Positions 26,000 through 38,797 of a DNA stretch of 56,565 nt are shown one piece after another. The notes beneath the pieces are model-generated. The model did no database searches and was not told the origin of the DNA. It saw nothing but the letters and a program-made list of their open reading frames with translations. The position numbers and the translations under genes were made by a program. The first letter of the stretch is position 1; every line of letters starts with the position of its first letter. Source of the stretch: Octopus bimaculoides (taxonomy: Eukaryota); assembly GCF_001194135.2 (NCBI RefSeq), contig NC_068995.1, positions 43,804,547 through 43,861,111 of the forward strand, in the 5' to 3' direction.

Positions 26000-28750
26000 T
26001 GTGCTCCCTATTGTTATTAACTGTACTCTATGTAGCGTATGTGAAGTGACTCATAATACAATTTTCTATCAATTTCCCAAGGTTTTGATTATGCATATAT
26101 TTACATATCCTTAATCCTTTCCGAAGAACTTGATTGTTTCTGTTATCAATTTCCACATTTTTCTTATCTCTATTTGTAGATCTTTAAATATCTGGATAAA
26201 TTCTCTAAATTAATTTGTCATCTTGACAAAATGGTTCTATACCTCGATAAAGAGGACCTTCCTATTCTGGTTTTCTGGTTTTGAACCACAATATATATCG
26301 TTAGACCTCAATACATATCACTAGACGATTGCCTACTGTAGATTATGGTTCGTCTTTTCTTCTGTATCCATTTTCATGGTTTACGGTTATAGTGTCTCCT
26401 TTCATATTTCTGTCAGAACGGCTAAAGTATCAAAGACCTCACGCCATCATTCCTGCTGATCCTGCACTTTTTGGCCAAAATTGGACAAACGAAAACAAAG
26501 TGGTCAGAGGTTCACTACACATTTTTCATAGTTTCTGGAGAAAGAGCTTCCGATTTGTGTTGCAATAAAAGCTCGCTCAGTTGTGAGTTTATTAACATTT
26601 TGTTTAGCATAACAGAATGTAACATCAATTGAGTTTATATTTGTTTACCGTTTCACCATTCTTATATCCCTTTTTTTCAAAAATCCAGCTTTCATATAAA
26701 ATCCTGTTTTATATTTGTTAACTTCCTTGTAGAAGTTAACAAGCAGAAATTTTCTATTTTTGTTTTTTTTTTGTTTTTTACATTGTCGTATTTTGCTGCT
26801 GCTTGCATTTGTACTCGTGTTTTATATCTTTTTTACAGTTACTTTGTAACAAGTTGTATGAATACCTACAAAACGTTTTCCCTTAGTAACAGACATTTCA
26901 TGATTGTTTTCTAGATTATTAAACCAATTATGTCTCTGTATCTATGGTTAATATAGTCTTTCCATTTCAGATATTGGGTGGTGTATTCTAAATACTGTCA
27001 TTATTTTTCTTGCTGTATTTTTAGTTTCGCTACTTTATCTAGTGACTCAGAATATTACGACTATAACTTTTTATCGGAACAGCTAAAGTATCAGTGCCTA
27101 TTACTTTATATTTTACACTTTGATACGTTTTAAAAATTAATCTAATGCATCTATAATATTTCTTTATCTTGGGAATCTGTGTATTGTCTAAATCTAATAT
27201 CTCTCTTACCTAACATTAGATGATTGCCATTAATTTCCTTCACTTCAATATTTTCTTGCTGTTTTCGTTCGAAGACTTGTAGCAATTTCTCCAGTAAAAA
27301 ATTCTAGGTTTCTTTATACAGGAGATAGTTGTGGGAACTACCACAACATTTGAACCCTGATTTAAGATGAACGTATATGTTAATAACTGTTAATATTTTT
27401 TTCTCCTGCTACACGCTTCGATTATGGCTCTTTTAGTGTAAAAATCGATAACTCATATAGGTTTAAAAATCAGTAATTGATTTGTATACCTATATGAACT
27501 TTTATCTCTTTTGCACCACTATCACTAATAAATGCCACAACATATCTTTATTACGGATTATCTAATGCTCTGGTGCTTGCTGTTTCTTTAGTATTGATTG
27601 AGTAAAATGCTCTGTCCATCAATGATCCAGTCAAGGTTGCCTGCAACTACCACTGTTTCTTATTAAAAATATCTGATGTGACGCTACCAAATATTTTAAG
27701 CGGATATTGGGATTTAAGGTCTTATGATAGACCAGTAGCCTACGTTATTTGTAAATTTTATTTACAGGTTCATTTTACTGCTATAGTTTCCCACCACTCT
27801 TTAGATTTTGTGTTCTTTATGTTGGTTCCTTCACTGTTCATTATCCCTAGGATATTTCTAATTCTCTCACCATTAGTCCTATGTTTTTTACCCACTTCTG
27901 GATAAAATCACTCGGGATTAAAACAGAGAATCATTTTCTCTTTCATACGGACGGATTTAATCCGATTAAGTGAGTATATTAAGTATAAAGCGTTCTTCGC
28001 ATTCGAATACTTCATGTTTTACCTCTTTTATTTGTCATGTTGTCTTCTTGTTTTAGCATTAGGTTCCCATGTTTTGTTTATTTTTTTGTTTTCAGTCGCG
28101 TCTTTTCCTTTCTTATTTCATTAAGGATTGAGAGACTTCTTTCTCTTATTTTAGTTTTTTGTTTTCTGTTTGTTAATTTTCTATATTTATTTGGATTTCG
28201 ATATTTCAATATTATTTCCTCTTGGTACTCATTGGCAAGTAGCTATTTCCCTTGTAACAACAGTGGTTACTGCATATATTATTTCGATTAACCTAAGGAT
28301 GTGTGTGTATGCATGTGTATGTATGTATGTAAGTATATATGCGTGCATGCACGTATTTATATATGCATTTATGAATTGCGTTTTCCCAATATATCTGCCA
28401 TAGCCATGCTTGCTTTTCTATTGTTATTTCAACGTTGAGGTTGATCCTTCGGATATATTTTCGTTGATCTCAAAGGAATTATTTTATTTTTATTTTTTTT
28501 GCAATGGCTTCCTTTTTAGATTATCGTATTCAAGATTCCCATACTTTGAATTCCTTGTTCTTCAGTCTTTTTCACTTCCCCATGGTTATTATTTTTTTTA
28601 TGCTGTTTTGATTTATCGTATGTTTGTGAATATATTTTATACATGATCCAAGGATTGGCTTGTTCTTTGTCTTTTACCATTTTTGTTTGCATGTGTTAAG
28701 TTTGTCTCAAAGATTTATTTTCCCAGAGGGTCTTTCTTTCGTCATTTATT
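26000..28750 (-). mobile_element. Heavily decayed R4/Dong-like RLE non-LTR retrotransposon (RT to RLE region)
   Basis: Motifs in the expected order across many stops and frameshifts: KSSYRYTNQLLIFK (cf. KGSYGCKDQLLINK); TTERAFIATQ; DHFVFVCPILAKK...RNDGV; FKDLQIEIRKMWKLITETI; KIVL*VTSHTLHR. The 5' boundary is uncertain. Confidence 0.7.
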
Positions 28751-28802
28751 CGGTGTTCGTTTCTGGTAATATCCTTACATATATATTTTTTTATATATAA
28801 TG

Positions 28803-29020
28803 TAAGGAAGCTAATAGAAGCGTTAGAGTGTCATGAAAATATTTTGCAGTATTTGTTCTGATTCTTTACATTACGAGTTAAAATTTGGTCGAGGTCATCT
28901 ATGCCTTTCAACCCTTCGAGGTCGATAAAATTACATAACAGGCAAGTGCCGGAGTTGATGATACCAATAAACCCCACCCATTCACAATTGTTGACCGTGA
29001 GCCTAAATCAGAAATCGTTG
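28803..29020 (+). mobile_element. SINE group B, old degenerate copy
   Basis: GCGTTAGAGTGTC head and GCCTTTCAACCCTTCGAGGTCGATAAAA central block. Confidence 0.6.
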
Positions 29021-29303
29021 TATATTTTTTTCAGATAAGAATTCTAATTCGATTTTCCATACATTCTCTCTTTATTCCCCTTTTATTTCTCGTTTATTGA
29101 TTTCCATAATTTTTCTCTTTGAATTTAGTGTGTTGTTTTTCAAAGTTATGTTTAGATCTGGTTGTTACAAGCATACGAATAGTTTGGTTTAAGATCAGTG
29201 CGTCAGTGTTAAAATATGCATTATATAACAAAACAGGTTCCATTGATCATTTTACTGTTATAGTTGCGATAATTAATAAGACGTTTGGCCCCATCATTCA
29301 GGT

Positions 29304-29375
<72 letters not shown>

Positions 29376-29404
29376 TAGATAGATAGATACATATATACAT
29401 ATAT

Positions 29405-29553
29405 ACGACGGGCTTCTTTCAGTTTCCGTCTACCAAATCCACTATAGCCCGAGGCTATAGTAGAAGACACTTGCCCAATGTGCCACGCATTGAACTGAAC
29501 CCGGAACCATGTGGTTGGTAAACAAGCTACTTACCACACAGCCACTCCTACGC
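29405..29553 (-). mobile_element. SINE group A, 5' half only
   Basis: Near-identical to the head of 20511-20926 and ends in a TA/CA microsatellite. Confidence 0.85.
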
Positions 29554-30466
29554 TTTTATCTTTTCGGGGATGTTTAAAATAAAGCAAAAGTCAAGAACTG
29601 AGTATAATATAATCGATTGGTCCATTTTCCCAATTTTAGCACTGTTTTTATTTCACATATTATATGTATTTGTACTCCTTAAACTGCCATCGTAACTTTA
29701 CACAACAGTTACATTTCCCTGAAATACACCTAACAAGCAACACAAAGTTTTCAACTATTACAAAACAAAATGAAAAAAAACCCCGCCTCTTGATCATTTC
29801 AAACATTTGTAATTATCACACACACTGAATACTAAATTCAACTCCGTAGATTTCTCTCCCCTAGTAGAACTCTCTCCCTATCGTTATTATCTATACATAA
29901 TACACCTTTCTCAAACGAAAGCCTTTTCTTTATTTCTTCTTTTGTATTTCCCTAAGTATTTATTCTGTATCGTGAATATTCAACTGAAGTAATTATATAT
30001 TATTCATAAACTGATTAGGTTTCTAAACAGGGGCGTGTTTCTTTACGTTTATTCATCTGGCATTTCTTATGTTTATCTTTACCCTTATAATATTCTTAAT
30101 TATTCATTTGTTTCTAATCGATCGTGTTTTTCACATACAGGGTAGGTTGATATTTTTGTTTCCCTTTCCTTATATACATGTTTGAAATAAATTATTCACT
30201 GAGGAATATCGTTGCTCACTTTAAGTGCATAATTCCAGTGCAGAAAAGAGACTGTGAAATAGAGTCAGTACCAGCTGCAAGATAAAGCAGGAACGCGACG
30301 CTTGGGTAGCGAGTCATATATTTCTCTTAACAAATATTGACATGTTTTCATCGTATTGTATACGTTTAAACGGAAACGCATTCATAACATATTGAGATGT
30401 AAGCATGTGTATGCGTGTGTGTGTAGGTGCGGGGGTGCCTGTGTTCGTGCGAGTGTATGTGTGTGT

Positions 30467-30541
30467 GAGTTCCACGTTCCCGTTCATCGGACAGTTTTGT
30501 TAGCAATCGTAAACTGTCCAATGAACGGGAACGTGAAACTC
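30467..30541. repeat. 75-nt near-perfect hairpin (31-bp stem, 13-nt loop)
   Basis: 30467-30497 versus the reverse complement of 30511-30541: 29/31 identical. Confidence 0.9.
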
Positions 30542-31272
30542 CGAGTAACTGCTTTTGTTATATTCCTGCTGCTTTTAAATAAAGCAAATTACTCTGCTTC
30601 TGGTATTTGAGTATTCTTTCTTCCACCTTGTTGAGATCAGAGAAGGAAGTAATTCATGCAAGATAAAATAGAATTATTTACTTAGAAATCTAACGGCTAT
30701 TTTCTGCCAGCATTAATATCTATAGCCATATTTCTATTCTGTTGTGATATGCGTGGACATGTCACTCCAGATATCCTGTGTAGAAGACTACTAAAATATG
30801 TCAATATAATATCATATATATGTATGTACAGGTGTCGGTATGCGTGAATGCAGAAATACGTGTAGTAATGTCTTGCTGGTCTTAAACTTGTTACGATTGC
30901 TTTTACTTGTACTTCTGATTATGAGGACTCACGCAAGTGTACATTCTTATGTGTACATACAGCTTACCTTTATATGCATATATGTACCTGAGATACGTGT
31001 GGTTGCATGTGTAAAGATTTATACTCATAGAGTTATATATATATATATATATATATATATCCATATATATATATACATATGATAATATATATGCATGCAT
31101 ATATGTATGTGTGTAGGTGTGTGAGAGTGTACAAAGAGGCATGTAGTTATTTGTATTTGAATACGTATGTGTGTGTGTGTGTATGTATCTGTATATATTT
31201 CTATACATATATATATATATAAATACACACACACACATATATACATGTGGATGTGAAGTTATATATCTCTAT

Positions 31273-31303
<31 letters not shown>

Positions 31304-32328
31304 CATACATACATACATACATACATACATAGAGAGAGAGATTTGGATATATCCCTACTTACAATGTGAATTTGTGTGTCTTTGTCTCTGTGTGTGTATG
31401 TGCGCGTGTACATATGTTTGCATGTCTTTGTGGTTGTGACTGTAGAAGGGAAATATCCTCCTATATTAACCAAATAGATTCTCATCCTTCTTTCCTCAGC
31501 AGAGATTAACAACAAAGGCAGAGCATAATCTGATCCTAAACAACCCTTTCCAACTTAACATCTGTTTCCATTGCATTTTATCCTCTGAAGAATTTACGTA
31601 CAGCTGCGCTGAAATCCAGATCAAACATTATGCAAATTGCAAATAACCAAGAAAGTAATAGGTTTATATCTGCAGGCGAGTCTATTTGCGTGTGTTCATG
31701 TGTCTATGTGTGTATCTATATATGTATGTATTTATATTTATTTTTACATGCTTGTCCACACATGCAAATATACATTTTATGACCAGTCACTAAAGACGTC
31801 CTAACCTCTTTTTTCCGTCTTTATCTATCTCTCCATTTATATAACTTTATACATACATACACACACACACACACACACGATGGGCTCCAGATCNNNNNNN
31901 NNNNNNNNNNNNNNNNNNNNNNNNNNNNNNNNNNNNNNNNNNNNNNNNNNNNNNNNNNNNNNNNNNNNNNNNNNNNNNNNNNNNNNNNNNNNNNNNNNNN
32001 NNNNNNNNNNNNNNNNNNNNNNNNNNNNNNNNNNNNNNNNNNNNNNNNNNNNNNNNNNNNNNNNNNNNNNNNNNNNNNNNNNNNNNNNNNNNNNNNNNNN
32101 NNNNNNNNNNNNNNNNNNNNNNNNNNNNNNNNNNNNNNNNNNNNNNNNNNNNNNNNNNNNNNNNNNNNNNNNNNNNNNNNNNNNNNNNNNNNNNNNNNNN
32201 NNNNNNNNNNNNNNNNNNNNNNNNNNNNNNNNNNNNNNNNNNNNNNNNNNNNNNNNNNNNNNNNNNNNNNNNNNNNNNNNNNNNNNNNNNNNNNNNNNNN
32301 NNNNNNNNNNNNNNNNNNNNNNNNNNNN

Positions 32329-32363
<35 letters not shown>

Positions 32364-32366
<3 letters not shown>

Positions 32367-32574
32367 CATAAAATTCAATTAGCGCTTTCATACGTTCATT
32401 GAAATAACCGTTTTAGTTTCATGCGGATTGGTCAAAACGTTATTCCAAAATTTCATCTTGTCGGAACTTTCTAAGACCTACTACAGTTGTCAAAAACTCA
32501 ACTGTTAGTTAAATACATTTTGAAATTTAATGTTTACTACGAACGTATGAAAGCACTAATTGAACTTTATAAAC
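32364..32574. mobile_element. MITE-like element with 34-bp terminal inverted repeats
   Basis: 32364-32397 versus the reverse complement of 32541-32574: 31/34 identical. Confidence 0.55.
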
Positions 32575-35310
32575 GTTAAAAAATATCTGTTTGATGTTAA
32601 AATACCATAATAATTATTCCTGTAAATCAGCACTCATCCCGCCGTTGCTGAAATTTCGTTCTATTTCAAGTGTTATGTGAAATATTTATTTATTACTTTA
32701 TTTCTATTCTTAAATGTCTATCGTTCAAAATGTTATATCTGTGTTCACATTTTCCTGCAAACATTGGCCTAATAATTTTGAAACTCATCAGCAAGAAGTA
32801 AAGATCATCGAAACCCTTTCACATATAATGTAAAACTAAGAAATCAAACAACTGAATGTGCATGATTCCCTGACCAACCTCCTATATCTCTGGTTCACAG
32901 ACACTATCTCCCTATCTTTTCTTTCGTTACTCTGGACTATACAATCACGCAGCCCGTCCACCACTCATTTATCTCTTCCTTTCCTTATATCGGATCTTTC
33001 ACCTCCTTTATCCAGCCCTGACTATTTCGCCACGAAGCGGAATACCATAGAATACCCATGCGATTCAGGAACAGCGAAGATCATGGCCCTGCCAAACCTC
33101 ATTTAGAAATATTAATATTAATTTCAGATATTGGTGCGTGGCCAGGCTGGAAACAGATGATGATGATGATCATGATGATGATGATGATCATGATGATGAT
33201 GATAGTTTATTTATTCATTTTTCTATGTACATTCTACATCTAGCTTTCAGTTATATCTGATAATATATTCATAGACAGAAATATCTATTTCTCTTGTGTA
33301 TATTTTTACCAGAATTTGGTGCAGAACTATTACGGAGGCCAACAGAAGTCAACGGCAATCAGCGAATACTAAGTACAGTACACATAATCCAAGAACATTG
33401 AGTTTCATTGCCTTGCTTCAGCTAACAGCAATATTAACAGTTTTCTACATTCACATATATCTATGAATCGATGGAATCTTTCTGATGACGTGGAAGTATG
33501 AGTCTCTGCTAATATGGTATGCTCCTCTTATTTATTTATTAAAGCTTTTTATGCTAAATGCACTGTTCCTTTCTTGGGGTAGAATTAGTGGTACGAATGA
33601 GACTAGCAATTAACGGGTTGTTAGTCTCGATCGTTTTTTGCGTGTTTGAAAGCTGTATTTATTGCAAACATAATTAAGTGTTAGGCACTTATATTTTCTC
33701 CTTCTTTGAGCATAGTGTATTTATGAGAAACATACTCGAGTTTCAATTGGCGCATTTATCATTCTAAAAGCACGAAATATGGATCAATTTCTCTCATTCC
33801 TACCACCTGCAGAAATATAGATTAATTGATCATTGCTTCATTATCTTTAAATGTTGTATTACATCCTTGAAGATAGGTAAATCTCAAGATAATTATTTAT
33901 ATAGAAGCACAACAAAATCATAGAGCGTGCTCTAATCCCCGTAAGAATATCGGATTTACAGTTCAAAGGTTTCAGAATTTCGATACATTGTTCATCTTTA
34001 TAATGGGTTTCAGAATAACACTGAAACCGCTAATCCAATGCATCTCAGTTCACTTAACCATGATGAATATTTACTAAAGAGAGTCTGGTTTGATACTTCG
34101 TTATTTTTTTTTTTTTTTTTTTTTTTGGAAGTTATTTTACCAAAGATCTACGCCAAATCACTAGTCTTTACTATCGCTGAAGAAATTTCTCAATGATACT
34201 GAATAGGATTATGGGACTCACCATGAAAACAATGGTCTTTTTATTGCAAAGAATTACTGTCAATTACTAGATTCGCCGATATCAGTGGCACTTTACTCCC
34301 TAAAGATTGGAGATAAATTATTGATGCTTATAACATTTTATAAAGTTGTATACTACGATATAGACAAAAGTAGGTAGTTAGACATGTTTGATTTGGTTTA
34401 AACGGTTCGATGTTAATAGTTGGAGGTGAAAAATGAAGTCAACTACGATACAGAAAGTGTCAAAGATTATAGAAAGGAATGCGCGGATACTATTAGTTAA
34501 GGTATTTATTGATTTAGAGAAATAGAAGACGAGAATGAGTAATGAATGAGTAATGAATGAGTAATGAACCAATTTCTTTCACTACAGTAACCTGTTGTAT
34601 TACATCATTGAAGATAGGTAGATTCGAAGATAGGGACCACTGGAAACAAAAGTATTATTAAATGATAACCAGATAATTCTGTATGATTTATTGGGATCAG
34701 TACATTTGTCTCCAGTAAATATTTGTACTGTTTATAATCTTGAAAACCTCATTCTTTTAGTGACCATTTTACCCGTATTTGTGACTTGAAAACTGCATTG
34801 GAAGTCTATGAAGTGTATTTGTTAACATTAAGTAGTCTCTTCGTAGATATTATAAAATGAGTCCGAGAAACAACTTGCTGTGACATAAATACACTTTGCT
34901 AAATACCGTTTTGAAGAAAACTCGGGATGACAGTTATTATTTTGTTTTCCAAAAAGCGTTGCGTCACAGAGTAAGTAGTTTAAACAATTCACAGGTCGCA
35001 TAATGTCCGTCCACATGATAATAATGCCATTAACAAATAGATTAACGTAATAACAACTATGTGTTTAGTGAAAGGAATATTATAATCTTCCCGACTGTGC
35101 ATGGTATCTGAGATTAGTATATACGATTACGTATGGTAATATATGATAATATATGATTATATATGATTATATATGATTTTATGTGATTATGTTTGCTTAT
35201 TATGTTTATATATTATCATATTTAAATATTTATCATAATTTATGATTATGTTTAATCATATCTGATTTATCATATATTTGACAATAACGTTGCTTTTTCA
35301 TAACAGACTA

Positions 35311-35335
35311 TTTTTCTTTATCATTACATTCACAG
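35311..35335 (+). promoter_or_regulatory. Splice acceptor of the GPCR coding exon (implies an upstream 5'UTR exon)
   Basis: Pyrimidine tract tttttctttatcattacattcacAG ends at 35335, 55 nt before the ATG. Confidence 0.55.
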
Positions 35336-35390
35336 GTAAACAAGTAAAATTGAGAGGAGATATTAATAACGGCAGCAGCAACAAATTACA

Positions 35391-36509
35391 ATGAACGACA
35401 ATGAGACTTTTCCAGAGAACATTACAAGCGTCTTTGAACGCCATTCCTGGCCAATGGGACTTTTCAAAGAATTCTGTCCATCAGCTCTCTATATAGACCG
35501 CTATGTCAACGCAGTTTGGCACATCATTGGCCTTTTTACAAATCCCATCTCAGCATTCATATGGCTAAACCATCGTATTCGGCGCAATAATTCTTCGGCT
35601 ATATACCTCGCAGCATTATCGATAACAGACTTTATGTTTCTTTGGTTGCATTTCATCAACGAACTTCAAATAGCCTGGGGTATATCTACAGTCGCTCACG
35701 CTGGTATCTGCGAACTGTACAATTTTATATACATGATACCGCAATACCTGGCACCGATAATTGTTCTTGGTTTCACGGTAGAAAGATGGATTGCCGTCTG
35801 TAAGCCATTTCACAAAGAGAGGTTTTGTACAGTGAAACGGGCAATCTACGTAGTTTGTGGATTAATATTTCTGAGCTCTTCGCTGGCTTCAGCACAAATC
35901 TATATCTGGAATTATGATGAAACACACAAAGTGTGCACCTACAGGGACACCAATGTCACACCTTACAGCTTCACAGAAGTTTGGAACTGGTTGAGCGAAA
36001 TGTCAATATTCGGTGGTGTACCAATCTGTGTGTTAATATTCAATATCCTTGTCATTTGCGAGATACGTAAGATTACGAAAGCAAATGCAATACAACTTCC
36101 CCACCAAACTTCATCCGGAAGTAATAACGCTGCGTCAACCATCACTTTACTTTCGGTTTCCTTCTATTTGATTTTCACTACCTTGCCGGTTGCATTAGTC
36201 TTCGTTATAGCCACAAACTTCGAACATGGTAATGGTTTTATGACAGATGATGAAATACGTGCTGATCCGCAATGGAATCGCTTTTTCACTTTCATGATAA
36301 CCCGTCGATGTATTGAGGGCATCTGTTTCTCGCATTATTCCTGCTACTTTTTTGTATATTGCCTCACCGGTCCACAATTTCGCAAGACATTTATGACTTT
36401 CTTTCCAAATAAAATATTCCAAGCACTGAATAATTCCTCCCAAGGTCGATACACCATTGTGACGGGCAATGGAAGAGCCAACAACGAAAGCTGCACAACT
36501 TATGTGTAA
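35391..36509 (+). CDS. Class A (rhodopsin-like) 7TM GPCR, FMRFamide-receptor-like / orphan peptide receptor type, 372 aa, intronless CDS
   Basis: Uninterrupted 372-codon ORF with seven hydrophobic segments and class A landmarks: N-glycosylation sites N4/N10, TM1 N51, TM2 LAALSITD80, C107, TM3 VERWIAVCKPF (E131-R132-W133), ECL2 C182, TM5 P211, TM6 TLP266, TM7/helix 8 YFFVYCLTGPQFRK. ATG context ACAATGA has A at -3. Confidence 0.95.
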   Translation: MNDNETFPENITSVFERHSWPMGLFKEFCPSALYIDRYVNAVWHIIGLFTNPISAFIWLNHRIRRNNSSAIYLAALSITDFMFLWLHFINELQIAWGISTVAHAGICELYNFIYMIPQYLAPIIVLGFTVERWIAVCKPFHKERFCTVKRAIYVVCGLIFLSSSLASAQIYIWNYDETHKVCTYRDTNVTPYSFTEVWNWLSEMSIFGGVPICVLIFNILVICEIRKITKANAIQLPHQTSSGSNNAASTITLLSVSFYLIFTTLPVALVFVIATNFEHGNGFMTDDEIRADPQWNRFFTFMITRRCIEGICFSHYSCYFFVYCLTGPQFRKTFMTFFPNKIFQALNNSSQGRYTIVTGNGRANNESCTTYV

Positions 36510-36744
36510 ATTTTCCAGACATTGTTTTAAAATCATCAATGTAGATTAATTATGCTCAGTAAATTAATAGTATTAATTCACGAAACAAGAGGAGGTGTTG
36601 GGCGTCTGAATTGGTTTCAAACGAGAGAACAATGAGTAAATTTCGTTTTTTTTTTTTCTGTGTTTTTCACTTATGAACCATTAACTTTGAATGTTACTTG
36701 TCGCTTATCTGTGTGGTCTTAGAGCCATTCTATCTTTGTTTCAG

Positions 36745-36770
36745 AATAAAATAGAAAAAGCAGAAATAAA
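36745..36770 (+). other. Candidate polyadenylation signals for the GPCR
   Basis: AATAAA at 36745-36750 and 36765-36770, about 240 nt after the stop. The motif is common in AT-rich DNA. Confidence 0.4.
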
Positions 36771-37000
36771 TACTGCGCACAACATTGATAAAAGAACATT
36801 TAAGAAAAAATATTACGCATTCTTTTTTTAATATTGAAAATATTTATTTATGGAGTTAAATATATATTAACTCATTCTCTATCAGTGACTGATACAACTA
36901 CCAGTGGANNNNNNNNNNNNNNNNNNNNNNNNNNNNNNNNNNNNNNNNNNNNNNNNNNNNNNNNNNNNNNNNNNNNNNNNNNNNNNNNNNNNNNNNNNNN

Positions 37001-37039
<39 letters not shown>

Positions 37040-37199
37040 GTATGCATATATATATATATATATATATACGTATGTATGTATATATTTATGTATGTATGCA
37101 TGTATACATATATACATGCACCTATATATGTACATTACGTATTTATTTGTATGTGAGTGCGTATTTGCGTTAAGTATGTGCATACTTCAGAAAACATCG

Positions 37200-37770
37200 T
37201 CATAACAGACATCATCTGCAGCACCAACCTGCAAATTTTGGTTCTCACTAAAGTATATCCTTAAAATACATAAAATATCGCGCCAACGACTGGCCTTTCT
37301 CCTCACAACCACAGAATAACTTTCGCTCCAACAATTAGTGAACATTCTACAAAGATCAGGTGTGCTCGAAAATACGTTATTGCTGTCACACCCTGTACAA
37401 TGTTGCTGCTGCATACACAAACATCCTAGATCACATCAAGATAAAGGCTGTCCGACTGATTAGTCTGTCAGCATGCTTCTGGCACGCAAGCATCTTGTCT
37501 TCTCTCACTTTCTTTTTATCGCCCCTCTAATAACATTTACTCTCCGGAGGTGGCAGGACTTGTGCCATCTCTTCACTATTTGTCCTTCCTGTTCTCATTA
37601 TCTTTATTGTGTCCAAACCCCCATCGTGGCCCCACGCTAAACACTACGCACACTTCCTTGCAAGAAGGTCATTCCTCTGGTGCCCTTCTCTGCTTAAGTC
37701 TTTCCTTGAGCTGTTGACTTAGAAAGATTCAAGAGGGACATTAATGTAATCGACCCAACCGTAGAAGGAG
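37200..37770 (+). mobile_element. 3' fragment of an APE-type LINE (Jockey/CR1-L2 group; clade uncertain)
   Basis: FYKDQVCSKIRYCCHTLYNVAAAYTNILDHIKIKAVRLI matches YKAQVRP..EYC.H.W.......LDRIQ.KA.RLI. A later ERFKRDIN matches the FK..IN terminus. Confidence 0.7.
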
Positions 37771-37882
37771 CGACTACCTACGCTACCTATGCCATAGGGA
37801 CTGTCCTTCCTCAGGACCCAGCAAGAGAGAGTAAATATGTTTACCCACACACACACGAGCAAACACACACTCACACATAACA

Positions 37883-37930
<48 letters not shown>

Positions 37931-38214
37931 NNNNNNNNNNNNNNNNNNNNNNNNNNNNNNNNNNNNNNNNNNNNNNNNNNNNNNNNNNNNNNNNNNNNNN
38001 NNNNNNNNNNNNNNNNNNNNNNNNNNNNNNNNNNNNNNNNNNNNNNNNNNNNNNNNNNNNNNNNNNNNNNNNNNNNNNNNNNNNNNNNNNNNNNNNNNNN
38101 NNNNNNNNNNNTATATATATTCAGGCATGATAGATCGCCAGCCACTAAACCTTTTTTTTATTTTTATTATTTTTATTTTATTATATTTTCTATCCCTGTT
38201 TATTTCAGTGTTCC

Positions 38215-38330
38215 GTTCTGTCGAAGAGCGTAGGCTCGAAATGTATAAGACTTTCTCATTTCCCCAGCGTTAAACTAATACATCTGGTTGTTGTTTACAC
38301 ACCCGGCTTCGTCTTTTATTTTTGGGTTTT
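38215..38330 (+). mobile_element. PLE-type terminal repeat fragment with hammerhead-like core
   Basis: CTGTCGA-A-GAGC-gtag-GCTC-GAAATGTA followed by a TTTC..CC...GCGT....CTAATA tail, also seen at about 39430 and 54160. Confidence 0.45.
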
Positions 38331-38797
38331 TTTTTGTTGTAAATTCTCACTATATATACACATATATATGTGTGTGTTTACATATGCGTAAATGTATAGC
38401 TACATATATATGTGTGTGTGTATGTATGTATCTATATATATATAGTGATACTTGTAGCGATACTAATAACATATCAGAACCCAATATTCATTTGCTTCAG
38501 AATAAAGTGTGTAGCGAATACAGAGCGAAGTAGGAGTTTATGGAATACTGAGATGATACGAATAACGTAACCTACTACATTGGCCTACAGCTCTTTCTGT
38601 TATATGAAGAGCTGAGTGATTGTGCATCACATTGCACAGCTTCCTCAGAGCGTTTCAACTGTATGTATACACATGCAACTGCATGCGCATGTAGATGTGT
38701 GTGTGTCCATGAGTGTATATATGCAAATATATATATAAACATGCATGTGTGTGTGTCTGTGTTTGTGTGTGTGTTTGTGTATCAACGCATAAACTTT

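Noticed and set aside
25638-26049. Overlapping 107/109-aa ORFs on both strands
   Set aside because: No recognisable domain; AT-rich sequence at the 3' end and flank of the decayed RLE LINE.
31630-31645. Octamer ATGCAAAT motifs as POU sites
   Set aside because: Expected by chance in AT-rich DNA; no conservation data.
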